A stretch of 64,000 nt of DNA from Azolla caroliniana (GCA_043228905.1 JBHGNT010000004.1:12338001-12402000); one strand, 5' to 3'; numbered from the stretch's first letter, positions 1-13,925 are shown. The notes: generated from the sequence alone by a model not told the origin. Numbers and translations are program-made.

Positions 1-125
1 CCCCGCTTGCATGGAAAGTACAATTACAAGTATTACTATATCACGATAATGGTTTATATTTTTCCTTTTTGGCCTTGTATGGTATAAAATATCATTGGTG
101 CTAATATAGTGTATGTTGTGTCTCA

Positions 126-273
126 TTACTAAAGGTGTTTATTCTGTAGCCTTGGATTCAAGCTTGAGGCTACGGATGTTATCATTACACCATGCTTACA
201 CACATATCATTTGTTACTAAAGGTGTTTATTCTGTAGCCTTGGATTCAAGCTTGAGGCTACGGATGTTATCAT
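126..273. repeat. Direct repeat of about 60 bp, two copies
   Basis: TTACTAAAGGTGTTTATTCTGTAGCCTTGGATTCAAGCTTGAGGCTACGGATGTTATCATT at ~126 and ~213. Confidence 0.9.
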
Positions 274-499
274 TTGTTATGCACTAAGTACCATTTCAAG
301 AAAGAAAATATATGTTTGGACTGTAAAAGTACAGTTGAAGCCAAATGGTACTTAGCTTGGGGTTTGAAAGTACACTCCTATGGTATGTGATTAAGCATTA
401 TGCAATTGTTATATTATGATTTTATAATTTTACTTTTGGTTCTATTCTTATACCTATGAGTATTGTTCAATCAAGATCCTTTATTCATGATTCAGTACC

Positions 500-1275
500 A
501 ACATTACTGATTACAATGTTCTTTTTGTCTCCACTTGACCTAGGCTTTGCATGACCGAACAAATAGGCATGAAGGTCTTGGTTCTTTAGTACTAACATTG
601 TTCATTACCACATGAAATATTGACTTTTTGTGTCCAGATGGTTCAGTATTGTGCCCTCAAGTCCCTTTTGTGTTGATTAAGTACTAACAATACTGATTAC
701 ATTGTATTTCTTGGTGATCAGTTGATTAAGTACTGATTATTTAGTACTGAAGATCTTAATTGTCCACTGGACTACTTGTATTAGTACTAAATTGTTCATT
801 ACATTGTATGTTTTGTGTCCACTTGACTCAGGCTATGCATGACCGAACAACACCACATGAAGGTCTTGGCTATTTAGTACTAACATTGTTCATCACCACA
901 TGAAGTATTGACTTTTTGTGTCCAGATGGTGCAATACTATGCTCTGAAGTCCCTTTTTTGTTGCTTAAGTACTAACAACATTGATTACATTGTATTTCTT
1001 GGTGATCAGTTGATTAAGTATTGATTATTTAGTACTAAGGTCTCAATTGTCCACTGGACTACTTGTATTAGTACTAAATTGTTCATTACATTGTACATTT
1101 TGTGTCTGCTTGACTTAGGCTTTGCATCACCGAACAACACCACATGAAGGTCTTGGTTGTTTAGTACTAACATTACTGATTACTAATTATAATGTATTCC
1201 TTCGTGATTAGTTGAATCAGTAGTGATTATTTAATGCTAAAGGTCTTAAATGTCCACTTGATTTAGTACTAATAA
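500..1275. repeat. Tandem repeat, ~290-bp unit, ~2.5 copies, AGTACT-rich
   Basis: Unit beginning (C)CACTTGAC.TAGGCT.TGCATGACCGAAC recurs at ~530, ~820 and ~1108. Confidence 0.85.
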
Positions 1276-1339
1276 TATTTGTAATATTGGACTCATGGTA
1301 TAATATGTAGTCTTATAATATGAATGTTGTAGTATGTAG

Positions 1340-2938
1340 CAAGACCACGCTAGGGTAGGTAATGGACCAACTAGCCCTCGCGATACTACATACAAAGTCT
1401 GCTGCTAATTCCAAAGTCCACGGTCGTTCCTCAGTGATACTTGATGAAATTTATGATGAAGATGAATGTATGAGAAAGGCGATTGGAACAATTGAAGATT
1501 TATTGCTTCAAACAAATTCTCCTAGCTCGGCGCACCCTAACTGTGTGAATGGTAATGCTAATTGTGTTTGCACTTTTAAGTTCTGAAATGTTGGTATACT
1601 TCTAATTTCTTATGTTTCTATCATAGAGCCTATGAAGAAGCGTAATGCTGCAAGAAATTGTATGGAAAGGGGAAGAAATGCAAAGTTGATTGTTGTGGTG
1701 GGTCATACGAATTCTCGCAAACTTTGAGACTTGTAAAGTTATATTTGTTAGACTAATACCACACACTTTTGTTTTTAGAGAAGGAAGAAAAGATTAATGA
1801 AAATGGAGACACCGATTCAGAGCCACAATATGAAGAAGAATTTATCTGACTTCCAGGTACATGTTGGGAACCCTCTCATCTAATAGTTATTTTGACCATA
1901 TTACCCTAGTGACAATAATGTACAAGTGTTGTGAAATCTTGGTATGATGAAGAGCCCTAACTTGAGACTAGTACTAACCCAAGCAATAATGACAAGTGTG
2001 ATGCCAATGCAAAGCAGGACTTGCAACACATGGCAAACACAATCATCTACAAAGACTCATCTACATTTGTCCCTTAACCTTAAACATTTGGCTAGGTGCC
2101 TTCACTTTTTCAAAATGTGAATTGATATTGTTCTTGTATCCCTCTATTTTATTTAGGAGTAGAAGAACATGGAGATTCCCAAATACCATCAGATGATTCA
2201 AGCACTTTATGGAGCAAGCTTGATTATTCAGGCTCAGATGCTACCACACATGAGGAATGTGAAATCACCCAAGAAGGGGAGCTGGAGTGCACAAAGAATG
2301 AGGTGACAAGCAACTTATACGAGGAATCTGTAGGGAATGTGAATTTGACCCAAGGAGAGGATCATGGTTGTACAAAGAATGAGGTGTGTGTCCAGAACAC
2401 CGCAAGTAGCCTTAACCTAGGGCAAGATTGTACATTAAGGACACTATAGCAACCACCCAAGAAGAAGAATAGCGTGAATGAGGTGTCTTACCAAAACACC
2501 GCAAGTAGCCTACACTCAGAGCAAGACTGTAGATAGAACCAAGTGTCTAGCATCATCAACGAGGACTTTGCAATGAATATGACAACCCTAGAAGAGGAAA
2601 ATGTTTGTACTCCTAATAAAGTGCTAGTGCAGAAAACTAGTTCTACCCATGAAGAGGAGTTGGGAAAATTGAAGAATGAGATATCCAATGACTTCCAGGA
2701 AATTAATGGTAAGACTATCGACCGCATCTTCTTGGAAGTACTTGCATCTCAAGCATTTGCAATAGAGCACATTGTCCCCTCAAGCTTTGCTTCCCCCTCC
2801 GATGATGAATTGCCACTCAGTAGTTTACTACCTCATGGCTTTAAGATGAAGAAGGGTGTGAATATGAGAAGAATGCTTCCAAAAATAGGCGCATTACAAG
2901 ATCCAGAAAAAACTAAAACGAAAGTGTATTATATTTAG
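1340..2938 (+). pseudogene. Degenerate multi-exon acidic/low-complexity gene, convergent with the transposase (probable transposon accessory gene)
   Basis: Coding-like, E/D/K-rich blocks bounded by splice-like sites (ATG|GTAATG ~1551, CATAG| ~1626, TTTTAG| ~1778, CCAG|GTACAT ~1856, TTTAG| ~2156). Last block is ORF 2543-2938. No recognised domain. Confidence 0.4.
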
Positions 2939-2964
2939 ATCATTGTTTGTAATTGATTATCGAA

Positions 2965-3725
2965 TGCGAAGTTATTGATTACCTGTTTCTTGACACTGTT
3001 TTGGTTTACTTATCCAGAATGTGAATTTGATACTATTTTTGAACTCATATATTTGACAATGATCACATTGACACTTGTTATGCACACATGTGACAGTGAG
3101 AAGATGAGTGATGAGTGGAATGAACACTCCTATCTTAGATATGTCTAGGTTAGTAAACACTTAACATAGTTTAAGTACTATCTTTATATGCATTGTAGTT
3201 AGTTGTCTACTACCTCGTGCCACGTAGTCTGAAAGATAGTTGTCTGTAATTGATAGGAATGTTAAGTTATTGATTACCTGCTTCTTGACATTGTTTTGGT
3301 TTACTTGTTATGCACACATGTGACAATGAGAAGATGAGTGATAAGTGGAATGAACACTCCTATCCTAGATATGTCTAGGTTAGCAAACACTTAACACAGT
3401 TTTAGTGCTAACTTAATATGCATTGTACTGACCTTGATACATATGAACTCCAAAAAAGTTATAGGCATAATATAGTATGTATACTTGAACAAACCTTTGT
3501 ATTAGTAATAGTATTTAACATGTTCAATCTCCTCCCTCATGAGCATACCACGCACTAGACAAAGCAAAGTGGATATAATGAAGGAAAGAGTGTGCTATGA
3601 ATGTTGAGTATTCCTTACTTTTAACATGTGTGTGACTGTGAGAAGATGAGTAAAACTTGGAATGAACACTCCTAACTTGGATATCTCTAGGTTAGTAAAC
3701 ACTTAATGCAGTTTCAATACTAACC
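2965..3725. repeat. Degenerate tandem repeat between the two convergent genes
   Basis: GTGAC..TGAGAAGATGAGT...GGAATGAACACTCCTA...TCTAGGTTAG.AAACACTTAA at ~3090, ~3320 and ~3632. Confidence 0.8.
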
Positions 3726-3934
3726 AAAGTGATTTTTTACCAAGCACTATCTGACACTTTATGTAAAAGAAACATACATATCTAAACTAAACAGGGATAT
3801 CGTTAGATTTGTCATTGCAAACTCATAATGCTTCGAAAAGATACATATGAAAACCCAATATGATATATTTCCATTCATTTGTAAGTCAGAGTCTGAATAC
3901 ATGTGAAAGTTACATATGAAGAGCACTTGCCATT

Positions 3935-6417
3935 CTAAGCATTAAAGAGGGAGACCTCCCCCAATATGTGTTCGTGTACCTCTTTGGGGACCTTGTAGAC
4001 AGTGTTGTATCCCTTAACCTTGTGCTTTGCTTGAGTCATAGTGAACTTCATTGCGATAATGGCATCAACATAGATTATTGTGGTGGGTGCATCTTTTAAT
4101 AATGCATATGTGTTCCTGCATTGTGGCAACTTTGCATAGTAGTTGCCATACACGACAGACTCACCAACATTGAACATGTTGCCAAAGCCATCCCTCACGA
4201 CTTCTTCCAATATTGTATTTCCTTGCTTGCACACCACAATGTAGTAGTCTTCAAAATCTTCATTTTGAGGAGATTTGACCACCGCAAAATGTTCTCCAAC
4301 TTCCAATAATATTGCCAAGTCTTCACACTAGTTGTAGTAGACAATATTGTCCGAATGTTCGTTTTTTTATATCCACACATTGTTCTATCTCAAGCTTCTG
4401 TAGCTTCCATGGATCCACAATTGATATATTGGTGCATTCATCCCATGCTTCATCTAAACACAAGGAACAAAAACACGATAAACTGCGGAATAACAATTGA
4501 GTGTTGTCCTTGCGACTAAACCCTAAAACACAATGGGTCTTCCGCGTCCCTTTCACGGTTTTACAACCATACAATTTACTCCTATCCACCTCATTAGCAC
4601 AAACCTCAATAAACAATCCATTCTTACCATCATTCGACATCTTCCATGTGAGCCACTCCACAACATCATGTGCATTTTGTGACTTAGCACCTTTATTATC
4701 CAACCGCTCATTTGTAAGAACACGCTTTATCACAGGCCCCGCACCATCGTGCTCTCCCTTTCCATGTCCAGACCCAAAGTAGTTCCATTGCATCCTAATG
4801 TTTGTCAATGAGAAGTATCTAGGTGTTTTGCATGACAGTTAGCCAACAAACACAATTAGTGCATTACTGGAGCGTACAATTCTTAACATGACTTAAACCA
4901 TAATTATTATGCCTAATGCATGAGAGAGAGAGAGAGCAATCCTAAGTTATAAGTTGGTCTTAATGAAGAAAATTGGATAGTACTAGGTTATTAATTAGTA
5001 CTAATGCATGAGAGAGGACAGTCCTAAGTTATAAGTTGGTCTTAATGAACAAAGTTGGACAATACTAATGAACAAATTAGTACTAATGCATGAGAGATGC
5101 CAATCCTAAGTTATAAGCTGGTCTTAATGAACAAAGTTGGATAGTACCGAAGTCTAAAGTTATAAATTAGTACTAATGAACGAAAGAGGATAGTACTAAG
5201 TTATTCATTACTACTAATGCACAAGAGAGGACAGTGCTAAGATATAAATTAGTACTCATGCCAGCAGGATGACAGTTCTAAGTTATCAATTAGTACTTGT
5301 GCATGCGATATCTGAGTACTTAGTTGTAAACCATAGTCTGTACTTGTGCATGTGCACCAAAGAGGACACTACTATGGTGTAAAATAAGGATACATTACAA
5401 GGCACAAACCTTAATTAGTACTTGTGCACCTGGGAGGACAATACTAAGCTGTAAATTAAGTTTACTTAACACAATTATTACCATAATCAATACTAGTGAA
5501 TCTAGGAGGGGAGAACTAAATGACCAATTAGTTCAGATTCACATTTCAAGATAGTACTGATGCATGTAGTAGGAGATTACTAATTGTATTTTGTACAAAC
5601 ATTTATAAGTACTATGGAGTATTACCAAAATAGACTTCCATTTATAAGTACCAAACATATGGATTATTTCTGCACCTTGCAATCAAGTTGAAGGACCGGG
5701 CCGCCTTAAATTGCTAGGCAACACCATCAAACTAGACCTAATGGCGATTAAAGTTAACACACAAGGATAATAAATCTACGTTTTGAAGCTTAAAACAATG
5801 TTGAACAAATAGCGTATCATGCTTTTAATCATCTGAAATGTAGAATATTGATTTCTTATGTAACTCACATCTTCTCTCCAGTAGCAAATATGTACAAGTA
5901 TTGTACACCGGTCATTGTACCAATGCATGGACTGAACCTCATTTTGAACTTTAAACATATAGTTCTCTGCAAAGTCAATAACAGATACCATAACATCTGG
6001 TGGTAAGCTATTTATACATTCCTTGAACTGTGAATTTTGCCAATAAAGTTCTGTGGAATGAACTCCCCGAGTTGGTTCTTAAACTCTGAGACAAGGGTAG
6101 CACCACATGTCTCCTTTTTTTGTCACATACTCTAAATATTTCCATTTTACAATATGACAATTATCTACATCAAGCTTCTGTCTACAAAATAACGGTTGTG
6201 GGAAAACCTTACATGTTCTTAGAAGACATGTATGATTATGCCACTCAGATGATGGTTGTTGTTCACAAACAAAAGACCTCCATAACTCAGAAACTGATGC
6301 ATTAGTCATGTTTCGCGCATTACATCTATTATCACACCCATTTGGTCTACATACCTCACAAGTGCAAACACACCCATCCCCATGTATAACCTTAGAATGG
6401 TTGAGAAGCAAGCTCAA
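3935..6417 (-). pseudogene. Degenerate DDD-type DNA transposase (Sola2-like), with one intron, stops and frameshifts
   Basis: Cys-rich N-part (CVCTCEVC...WHNHTCLLRTC), VIDFAENY..QNEVQSMHW (first D), YISDD*KHDTLFVQHCF, RH*V*FDGVA*QFK (second D region, ~5690-5750), WNYFGSGHGKGEHDGAG (third D), C-terminal SCFCSLC..C. The Sola2 assignment comes from remembered motif similarity, not a search. Confidence 0.75.
4819..5675 (-). other. Spliceosomal intron in the transposase gene, filled with AGTACT-rich tandem repeats
   Basis: Donor GCAAG|GTGCAG at 5675 and acceptor CCTAG|ATAC at 4819. Splicing joins SFNLIA-R-YFSLTNIRMQWNYFGSGHGKG in frame. Confidence 0.75.
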
Positions 6418-6425
6418 CAGAGGTA

Positions 6426-7860
6426 TGTGATGCTTATTGAGAAATAAGCTATAGTAGCTCTTAGCTAATTAGCTACTAGTGGACATAAAGGTGAAACAAT
6501 TATTTAGCTACTGATAGCTAATTAGTTGCATATATAAGTCACTTATAACTTAGGTAAAAAGTAAGTAGAAAAAAGTTGTAAGAGTGATTAGAGAAGAGGA
6601 GCGTGAACAGAAAACCGAAAACTGACGAGAGCAAGTTGAGCTCTGCGTGTAATGGAATAGAAGCGTTTGTTTTACACAAAGGTAAGTTTCCTTCCCCTTC
6701 TTTTTCTATCTTGAGCACTAAACGATGCAGAACATCACGATCCGTTGTGCACAAAGAAGAGCCGGAGCGCCTTCGTAACATGGTATCAGAGCAGAGTTGC
6801 TTGTAAAGAATATTAGAGCAGACAGATCTGAGAAGTTTGGTTTTGGTTACGGATATGAATCAGAGAGTTGTTTGCGAAGTTAATCATAACAAAAGCCCTA
6901 ATTGAATGAGAAAATGTCTATAGAAAATGGAAGCCAAATAGTCACTGAAAAGTTGGATAAAAACAATTTCATGACGTGGAAATTCAGAATGACAAATTTC
7001 TTGATGGGAAAAGGATATTGGGATTATATTGAAGGAGACCTAAAAGAGGCTCCAGAGATACCTGAGGAAAATGCAATTGCTGCATAGATTAAAGCATTTA
7101 AGGAATGGAATCAAGGGGCAAGGAAAGTATTGCATTGGATCTCACTTAACATCTCGGATTCGATGCTTGGACACATACAAGATGCTATGCTTCCAAAACA
7201 AGCTTGGGACAGTTTGGTAAAACTGTTGGCAGTGAACACAAAGGCTAGAAAGCTTCAGTGAAAGATTGAGCTAAATACCTTGGAAAAAGGTAAGATGTTA
7301 GTAAATGAGTATGCTCTGAAAATAAAGAGCATATGTGAATCACTTGCTTCTATTAATGTGAAGTTAGAAGATGATGATAAGGTGGAAATATGATTAAGAG
7401 GCTTAGGACCTCAATATAAAAACGTCAAAACATCTATCCTCACAAGGGATAGCATCCCAAGTTTTCCAGATCTAGTTTCAATGCTTGTAGTGGAAGAAAG
7501 AAAACAGATGGATGATGTAAACAAAGGAAACTCTGAGATTAAGGGGCAAGCCCTCTACAATAGTGCTGGAAGAGGCCGAGGAAGAGGCCATGGAAGATTT
7601 GGTTTAGCTAGAACCAACAACAATAGTTATCAAGGAAGAGGACAACAGGTTACAAGTGGAAGAAACAACATCAGAGGCAGGGGGAGCAATCGAGGAAGAG
7701 GTAAGCAAACGTATTTGAATGATGATGGCTGTTGATATTGTGGAAAACCAAGCCATACACATGCTGAATGTTATAAAAAGCAAAATGATGAAAAAAGAGG
7801 GAAGAGACAGCAAAATAATTATGCGTCAACTAGTGAAGACCGTGATAAAGATGGTGAATT
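6426..7860 (+). mobile_element. Truncated Ty1/Copia: 5' LTR, iMet PBS and decayed gag
   Basis: LTR ends ...GTAACA at 6780, followed by PBS TGGTATCAGAGC (6781-6792). Gag: EKLDKNNFMTWKFRMTNFLMGKGYWDYI, UBN2-like region, RG-rich tract, C*YCGKPSHTHAEC knuckle. LTR start approximate. Confidence 0.8.
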
Positions 7861-8596
7861 TGTGCATCACCTACCATGTCGTGTCATCGATCTTGTCCAG
7901 TTTCTTGTCCCCGAACTATAACGGCAGCCAGAGATCTTTGACCACGAGCATGTTCCTCATCTTCGACTTCCACACTGGGTAGTTGGAGCCAGTGAGCTTG
8001 AACATGCTTCCAAATGACTCTTCTATTTTCTTCAAGGTCTAGAACTTGTGCTTTGATACCAGTTTGTGTGGAATAGCGCTCGGACACAACCGAGACTCAA
8101 GCAATAGAAGAGACGATGCAGGATTTTTACATGGAAAACGCTAACAAGGGAAAAAACCATGGCAGCCTAGAGACTCCCACTATCACTATATGAGAAAGGA
8201 GGTACAACAGGAGATTCAAAGGCAATGACCTTGAGCTCTATGTCTTCGTCATCCGGCGGTTACAACTGAAACTGGTTCAACTTCTCTTTCCTCCCTCTCT
8301 CTCTTTCTCTATGTCTCTTTCTGTACAATAATGATTCAACCAACAACAACATTTAAAGTGATTTCCCTAAGTCATATTTATACTTATATCACTTTAGGAC
8401 TATTTACAGATATAGCCTTTACAAGCACACAAGAAACATATTTACTAATATGTCCCTGGATCCGGTTCACACTAGATCCATCTAGATACCTTCCGGTCCG
8501 ATCCAATCCGGTTGCTGCATCCAGTCCGGTTCTTTGCTTCGACCCGTCTGATCCGGCTCCTTCGTATCCCATCCGGAGGGACCAAATTCCCAATAG
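7861..8596 (-). mobile_element. Copia fragment: 5' LTR (~8065-8596), PBS and start of gag
   Basis: Reverse PBS GCTTTGATACCA at 8050-8061. Gag FKLTGSNYPVWKSKMRNMLVVKDLW. LTR start (T.TTGGGAATTTGGTCCCTCCGGATGGGAT) resembles the Copia D LTR. Confidence 0.75.
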
Positions 8597-8599
8597 TCC

Positions 8600-11546
8600 G
8601 CTATGGACTTTGTCAACTCCATTCTATCTCCAACTCGCAACTTGTTGACTTTGCTTTGTTCGACTCTTGTCGAATCAACTTTGTCTTTGATGGCTTTGTC
8701 TTCGAGTTTGACGAGTGGACCTCCTACCGATTCAAAGTCGGTAGGTATGTTGTTGTCTTGTTCGAGTTCGACTGTTTGTTAGGTCTTTGAGTCTGCTCGG
8801 TGGGTCAGTCTTTGTACGACAACTCCATCATCTTCGAAGGATGCCTTTTTACCAACTATTTTTTGCTGGTTTCATTGAGTGAAGATAGAGTCTTCATTGA
8901 AGACTATGTCACTGCTCCAATTAGTTCTTAGGGTTCCATAGCCGGTAGCCGAATTCCCCATTGGTTCCATAACCAAGAAATATGAACTTCATTGCATGGG
9001 GTACCAACTTGGTTGTTTTCTCCCTAGGGATGGACGCGTAGGCTTCGCATCCGAATATATGGAGCCTCTCGTAGGTCTGTTGTTTGCCTGACCATAGTGC
9101 TTATGGCACCTCGAGCCTTATTGCTCTCAACAATGACAAATTTATCAAGTATACTACCGTCTACAATGCCTCAGCCCAGAACTCCAACTTTAGTCTGGCT
9201 TGTTGGAGCATTGTCATCACCCTCTCTTGGATCGTTCGGTTGATCCGTTGTACCGCTCCATTCTGCATGGGTGTGAAAGGAACGGTCTTTTGATGCCGGA
9301 ACCCTTTGTTGGACAGGTACTGTTTGAAGGCTTTGGATGTGTACTCATCCCCGTTGTCGAATCAAAGTGTCTTCACTTTGTATCCCGACCGGTTCTCCAC
9401 TTCAGATGCTCATTGAGTGAAGACCTCGAGCGCTTCATCTTTGGACCTAATTGAGTAGGCCCAAACCTTCCGTGTACAGTCATCTATGAATGTGATGAAG
9501 TACCGGGAGCCTCCTAGAGATCAATCTAGCATGAGCCCACATATATCTGTGTGCACGAGCTGTTAGGGTTGTCATACCGTCTCGTAGTGGAGAGCGTGCG
9601 GACTTCGGGTCTGTTTCCCATATCGACAATGCTCGCAAAAGTCTGTCTTTGTTTGGAGTTTAGGGATATAGATAACCACCATCAACCGATCAAGTCCGGC
9701 TTGAGACATATGGCATAAGTTTGGGTCAGTCTTTTCGGCTACATTCACGACCCCTTTTGGATTGATCGCCATCGGTGGGTACAAGTTGTTGTACTTGTGC
9801 CCTCTCGCAACTCTAAGGTTTCCTCAGTTGATCATCCATACCGACTCACTTAGATTCATTTTGTACCCGTCTTCGGCTAACATGCCAATGGAGACCAGAC
9901 TCCTTTTTAGATCGGGTACGTGCTGCACTCGGTGCAGGGTGATCATGTTGCCATTTGGCCATCTGATGGGAACTTCTTTGGTCCGTGTGATTCTGCACTC
10001 CTACCCATTGCCTAGTCGGACTTTGCCGTTGGCATCGGCTGAATAGTTCGAAAACCATTCAATATTAGGGGTCACATGAAACGTGGCACCGGAGTCTAGT
10101 AACCATGTGTATGCATCTTGTGCACTATAGAGGACTTCTATGATCACTAAATCCTCTAAGGAGAGAATTTCTCTTGATAGGGTGTTGGCAACATTAATTT
10201 AGTTGCCTGTAGGAGAGTGGTCTGAGCAGGGTCGTCCTCAATTCCGCTTGGATCACCAACCATTCTCTTTTTCTTGATTGACCAGCAGTCGGAAACATTG
10301 TGGCGAGCTTTTCTATAGTGTGTGCAGAATTTGCCTGATCGGCCCATTCTAGACTTTGACTGTTGTCGGTCTCCTTGTTTTTGATCGGTTGGTATTCAGA
10401 CCGATTTTTTCGGCTTGTTCTCTTGTTCGACTCTTTCGGTTGAATGTCTCAGTCGAGTGATGGGCTTTTGCCGATTCATCGATGGTAAGTCCCATCGATT
10501 TTCAGCAAATGTCCTCGGTGAGAACTTGGTCGATCGTCTCATCCAGATTTAAGATCGGTCGACTATTGGCGTATGTTGTGCAAAATACCACCCAACTCGC
10601 CCGCAAGCTCGATAGGAGGACAAGGGCTTTCACTTCTTCTTCGAAGTTGACCCCATGTGAGGAGAGTTCTGACAACACCCGGCTGAAGGTGTTGATGTGG
10701 GAGGTATCCGGATCAAACTCTCTCATCTTCATGTTGAATAGTTGTTTGGTCAAAATTAGTTTTGAAGATGAGGACTTTTTCTCGTACACGGCTTGTAGTT
10801 TCTCCCACAATGAGAACGCAATCATCTCTTTTGCCATGCTGAAGTAGATGTTTTCGGATAGATGCATTCAAATGGTGGAGCGTGCGATTTCGTCTGTAGA
10901 TCTCCACTCTTCAGTTTTCATCGAGGCAGGTTTTTCACTATGTCGAATGGCTTCGACTTGTCTTCTGATTATCGGCATGTCTTCCATCATCTCCTACCAA
11001 AGGGCAAAGTTTTTTCCATCGGATTTTTGGATTTCAACTCCTGTTTCGGATGTTGAAGCCATATTCTTCTTTGAATGTGAGATTTTACTGACCAAGTCTT
11101 TTTCCTTTCATACTTTTTTCTATTGTCTGTTACCACTAAGTAGTAAGTCGCTCTCATACCAAGTGAGGGACAGATATGCATGGAAACGTATGTGAGGACC
11201 TCTCAGTTATGCTTAGCAAATAACATAGATGGAAGGCAAGAAGATATAGACAGATGATAGACACACAGATGAAGCTTTAATGGAAGCTCTCTTTATTTGA
11301 GTTTTCTCTCTCTCTCTTTACAATGTTAGGTTATCACATATATAGTAAGCTCTAACTATTTGGATGAGTCCACACTAGGATACAAGATGGAAGGAGTCGC
11401 CCTTTTATGCCAGCACCTACTTTAGGTCATAAAGTCTCTTCCTGAGTCGACAAGCTAGATGCTCTTGGGCAACAACAACGAAACCTTTCGGTTGTTCCAT
11501 GTAAATTTCCTTCTCTAGGTTTCCATGGAGGAAGGTCATCTTCACA
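8600..11546 (-). mobile_element. Decayed Copia (5' LTR ~11164-11546, PBS, gag, protease, integrase; RT absent)
   Basis: Reverse PBS GCTCTCATACCA at 11150-11161. UBN2 gag ORF 10502-10867, WLLDSGATFH protease ~10075-10110, CEHC / FITFID / QNG.AER integrase motifs. Confidence 0.8.
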
Positions 11547-11605
11547 TCTAACTAAATAAGCTCCAAGTCCTCAGCAACCACTACGCCGAGTAGAAATTGA
11601 AGGGT

Positions 11606-12590
11606 GTAATGAGTTTTGTATGCGGAAGTTTCGAAACAACATAGTCCTCCTAGCCACAGTTAGGTAAAACATAGAGAAAACATAAATACAATAAGGAGGA
11701 GCGGGGGAGACACAGAGCAGAAGACAAAAAACTCATATTCAAAATAATATGCTCTGTGTACATACAAGTGTGCTCGGAGAGCACCTTTTATAGAAGCCAT
11801 GATAGCGGGCAGACACAAGTACTGTCAGTACTTGAATGCTCATAAAGAGCCTATGACACTAACTCCCAAAATACTTCCTAATATTAAAACTAGGAATAAA
11901 GGCTCGTAAAAGTTATTTGTGGAAGCGTAGACACAACCGGCTCAGGCAGACAACAACAAACAATACGCATGTTTAATGGAAAGCTTCAAATGCACAAAGA
12001 CTCTATGGGAGAGATAGAGAGAGCAGAACATAAACTCAATTTAAATAATAATAAACACTTTGTACATCGATTATGCTCAAAGAGCACTTTTATGCAAATC
12101 CTCAAAAGGACTGACACAAGTACCATCAATACCTTAATGTTGATAAATGAGCCCCTACATTAACTCCCATAAATATTCCTTCGCGGAATATCTTTCCAAA
12201 CGGCTTGCCAACTCCCACCGATCCAGCCATGTTGATCGGTCTCCGTCTGGCTCCCGACTTGTTCCGCCGATCTGGGCCTAATAGATCGGTCTAATCCGAT
12301 CCGGTTGTTGGCTTCTTCAGCCGATCCGCCCCAAGTTGAGCTTGCTCACTCAACACTCCCCCTTAAGCTCAACTTGAGGCTCTCCTTGAGGTTCTCCTAG
12401 CATCTCCACGCCTTGCTCATGCTTCTCTTCCAGTTCGATTCTGCATTCCTCGACCGCCCTGGTCCTTTGCTTTTTCGACCCTCCGGTTCCGCACATCTCG
12501 ACCCTTTCGATCGTCTTGTTTACTCGTAACACCCTAGCTAGCTCCCTTGCTTTCATGGTATTGGTGCTTGTCACGACCCAAGCTTCCAAG
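11606..12590 (-). mobile_element. Two adjacent Copia A-related LTRs plus the 3' end of the internal region
   Basis: PPT/LTR junction CCTCAAGTTGAGCTTAAGGGGGAG|TGTTG (LTR start 12355). Copia A LTR palindrome CAAGTACTG-N-CAGTACTTG at 11816-11834, with a degenerate copy at ~12117. Confidence 0.65.
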
Positions 12591-12594
12591 ACGA

Positions 12595-13925
12595 TGTTGA
12601 TTTGGAAGAAAAGAAGATAATTACAAACGAGAAGACACTTACAAGACAAGAAGACAAGAATTTCTATTGCCGGAAACCAAAATTACAAGGTTGCTGAATA
12701 CTGGTGTTGAACCGAAATGGTTCAACACTAAGCAGATCTTCCACTTATATAGTGTACGTAGGATTGTGCATGATCTCCATTTGGCATACATGTTGTGTGC
12801 CACTTGGCGTACATCCATGCATGCCATTTGGCAATCATCTATTGTGTCTTGTGCTCATAATACTTGAATAATAATAATATTAAAATATATTTGTTAATTA
12901 AAGTTAGCTGTGGTACTCGTTAGAGTGTGAGACCCTTGTCTATAGGTTACAATCAAATCTTCATATTGACATCATCCCCTCCTTTGACGATGACTTCCAT
13001 GAGTCGCAATGCATAAACTAGGTTTTGGTTTATGGGGATAATGACGATGAAACTCTTGTATAAGTTGAGAGGCATTAGTGACATTTACTACGGGTTTCCA
13101 TGTTTGATCCTCAGGCGTGTATCCAAGCCAATCTACCAAATAATATAACCTATTGCATATGACCTTGGAGTCCAAAATAGCTTCTACTTCATACTCTGGT
13201 CCTTCCGCAAGTTGAAGTGGAGGTGGTGGTGGAACAACCCAATTTGGGATAGAACTTGATGTCCATGGTTCTAACAGTGAAACATGAAACACTAGATGAA
13301 GAAGCATATGTGAAGGCAAGTCTAGACGAAATGCAACCTGGTTGACTTGATGAGAGATTACAAATCAACCTAGACATTGGAAATCCAATTTGTCACATGG
13401 CCTAGTAGTTTTCGCAGTATGGCGTATTAACCACACCCAATCACAATCTTTAAGCTTAGGGTCCTCAAGTGTAGAATCTAAGCGATGCTTATCAGCCACC
13501 TTCTTGTACTTAGCTTGAGCATGAAGCAAATTATTGGAAATGTTGGCTTGAAATTCTTGGAGTTGTTCTAAACGATCTTTGACAGTGGGATTGTTTGAGA
13601 CTTTTGGATATTCAAGCATCATCCACCGAGGATGATATCCAGTGTTTGCAAAGAATGGAGTGAATCCCCTAGAAGAATGAATTGAATTATTGTAAGCAAA
13701 TTCTGCCATCTATAAGAAATCCACCAAATCATCTTGTTGATAATTGATAAAGCAACGGAGATATTGTTCTAACGTTTCATTCGTGCGTTTTATTTGACCA
13801 TCGGTTTGAGGATGGTAGCTTGTAGATAGTTTACGAGAAATTCCAAGGATCTCAAGTAAGTGTGTCCAAAACTTCGCAATAAATTGTGGCCCACGATCAT
13901 TAATAATTTCATCTTGCACAGACAT
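12595..13925 (-). mobile_element. Chromoviral Gypsy (Tcn1-like) 3' fragment: integrase, chromodomain, PPT and 3' LTR
   Basis: [30 protein letters not shown] and chromodomain EYEVEAILDS..YLVDWLGY..EDQTW. PPT AAAGGAGGGGA then TGA then LTR TGTCA at 12971. Confidence 0.85.
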
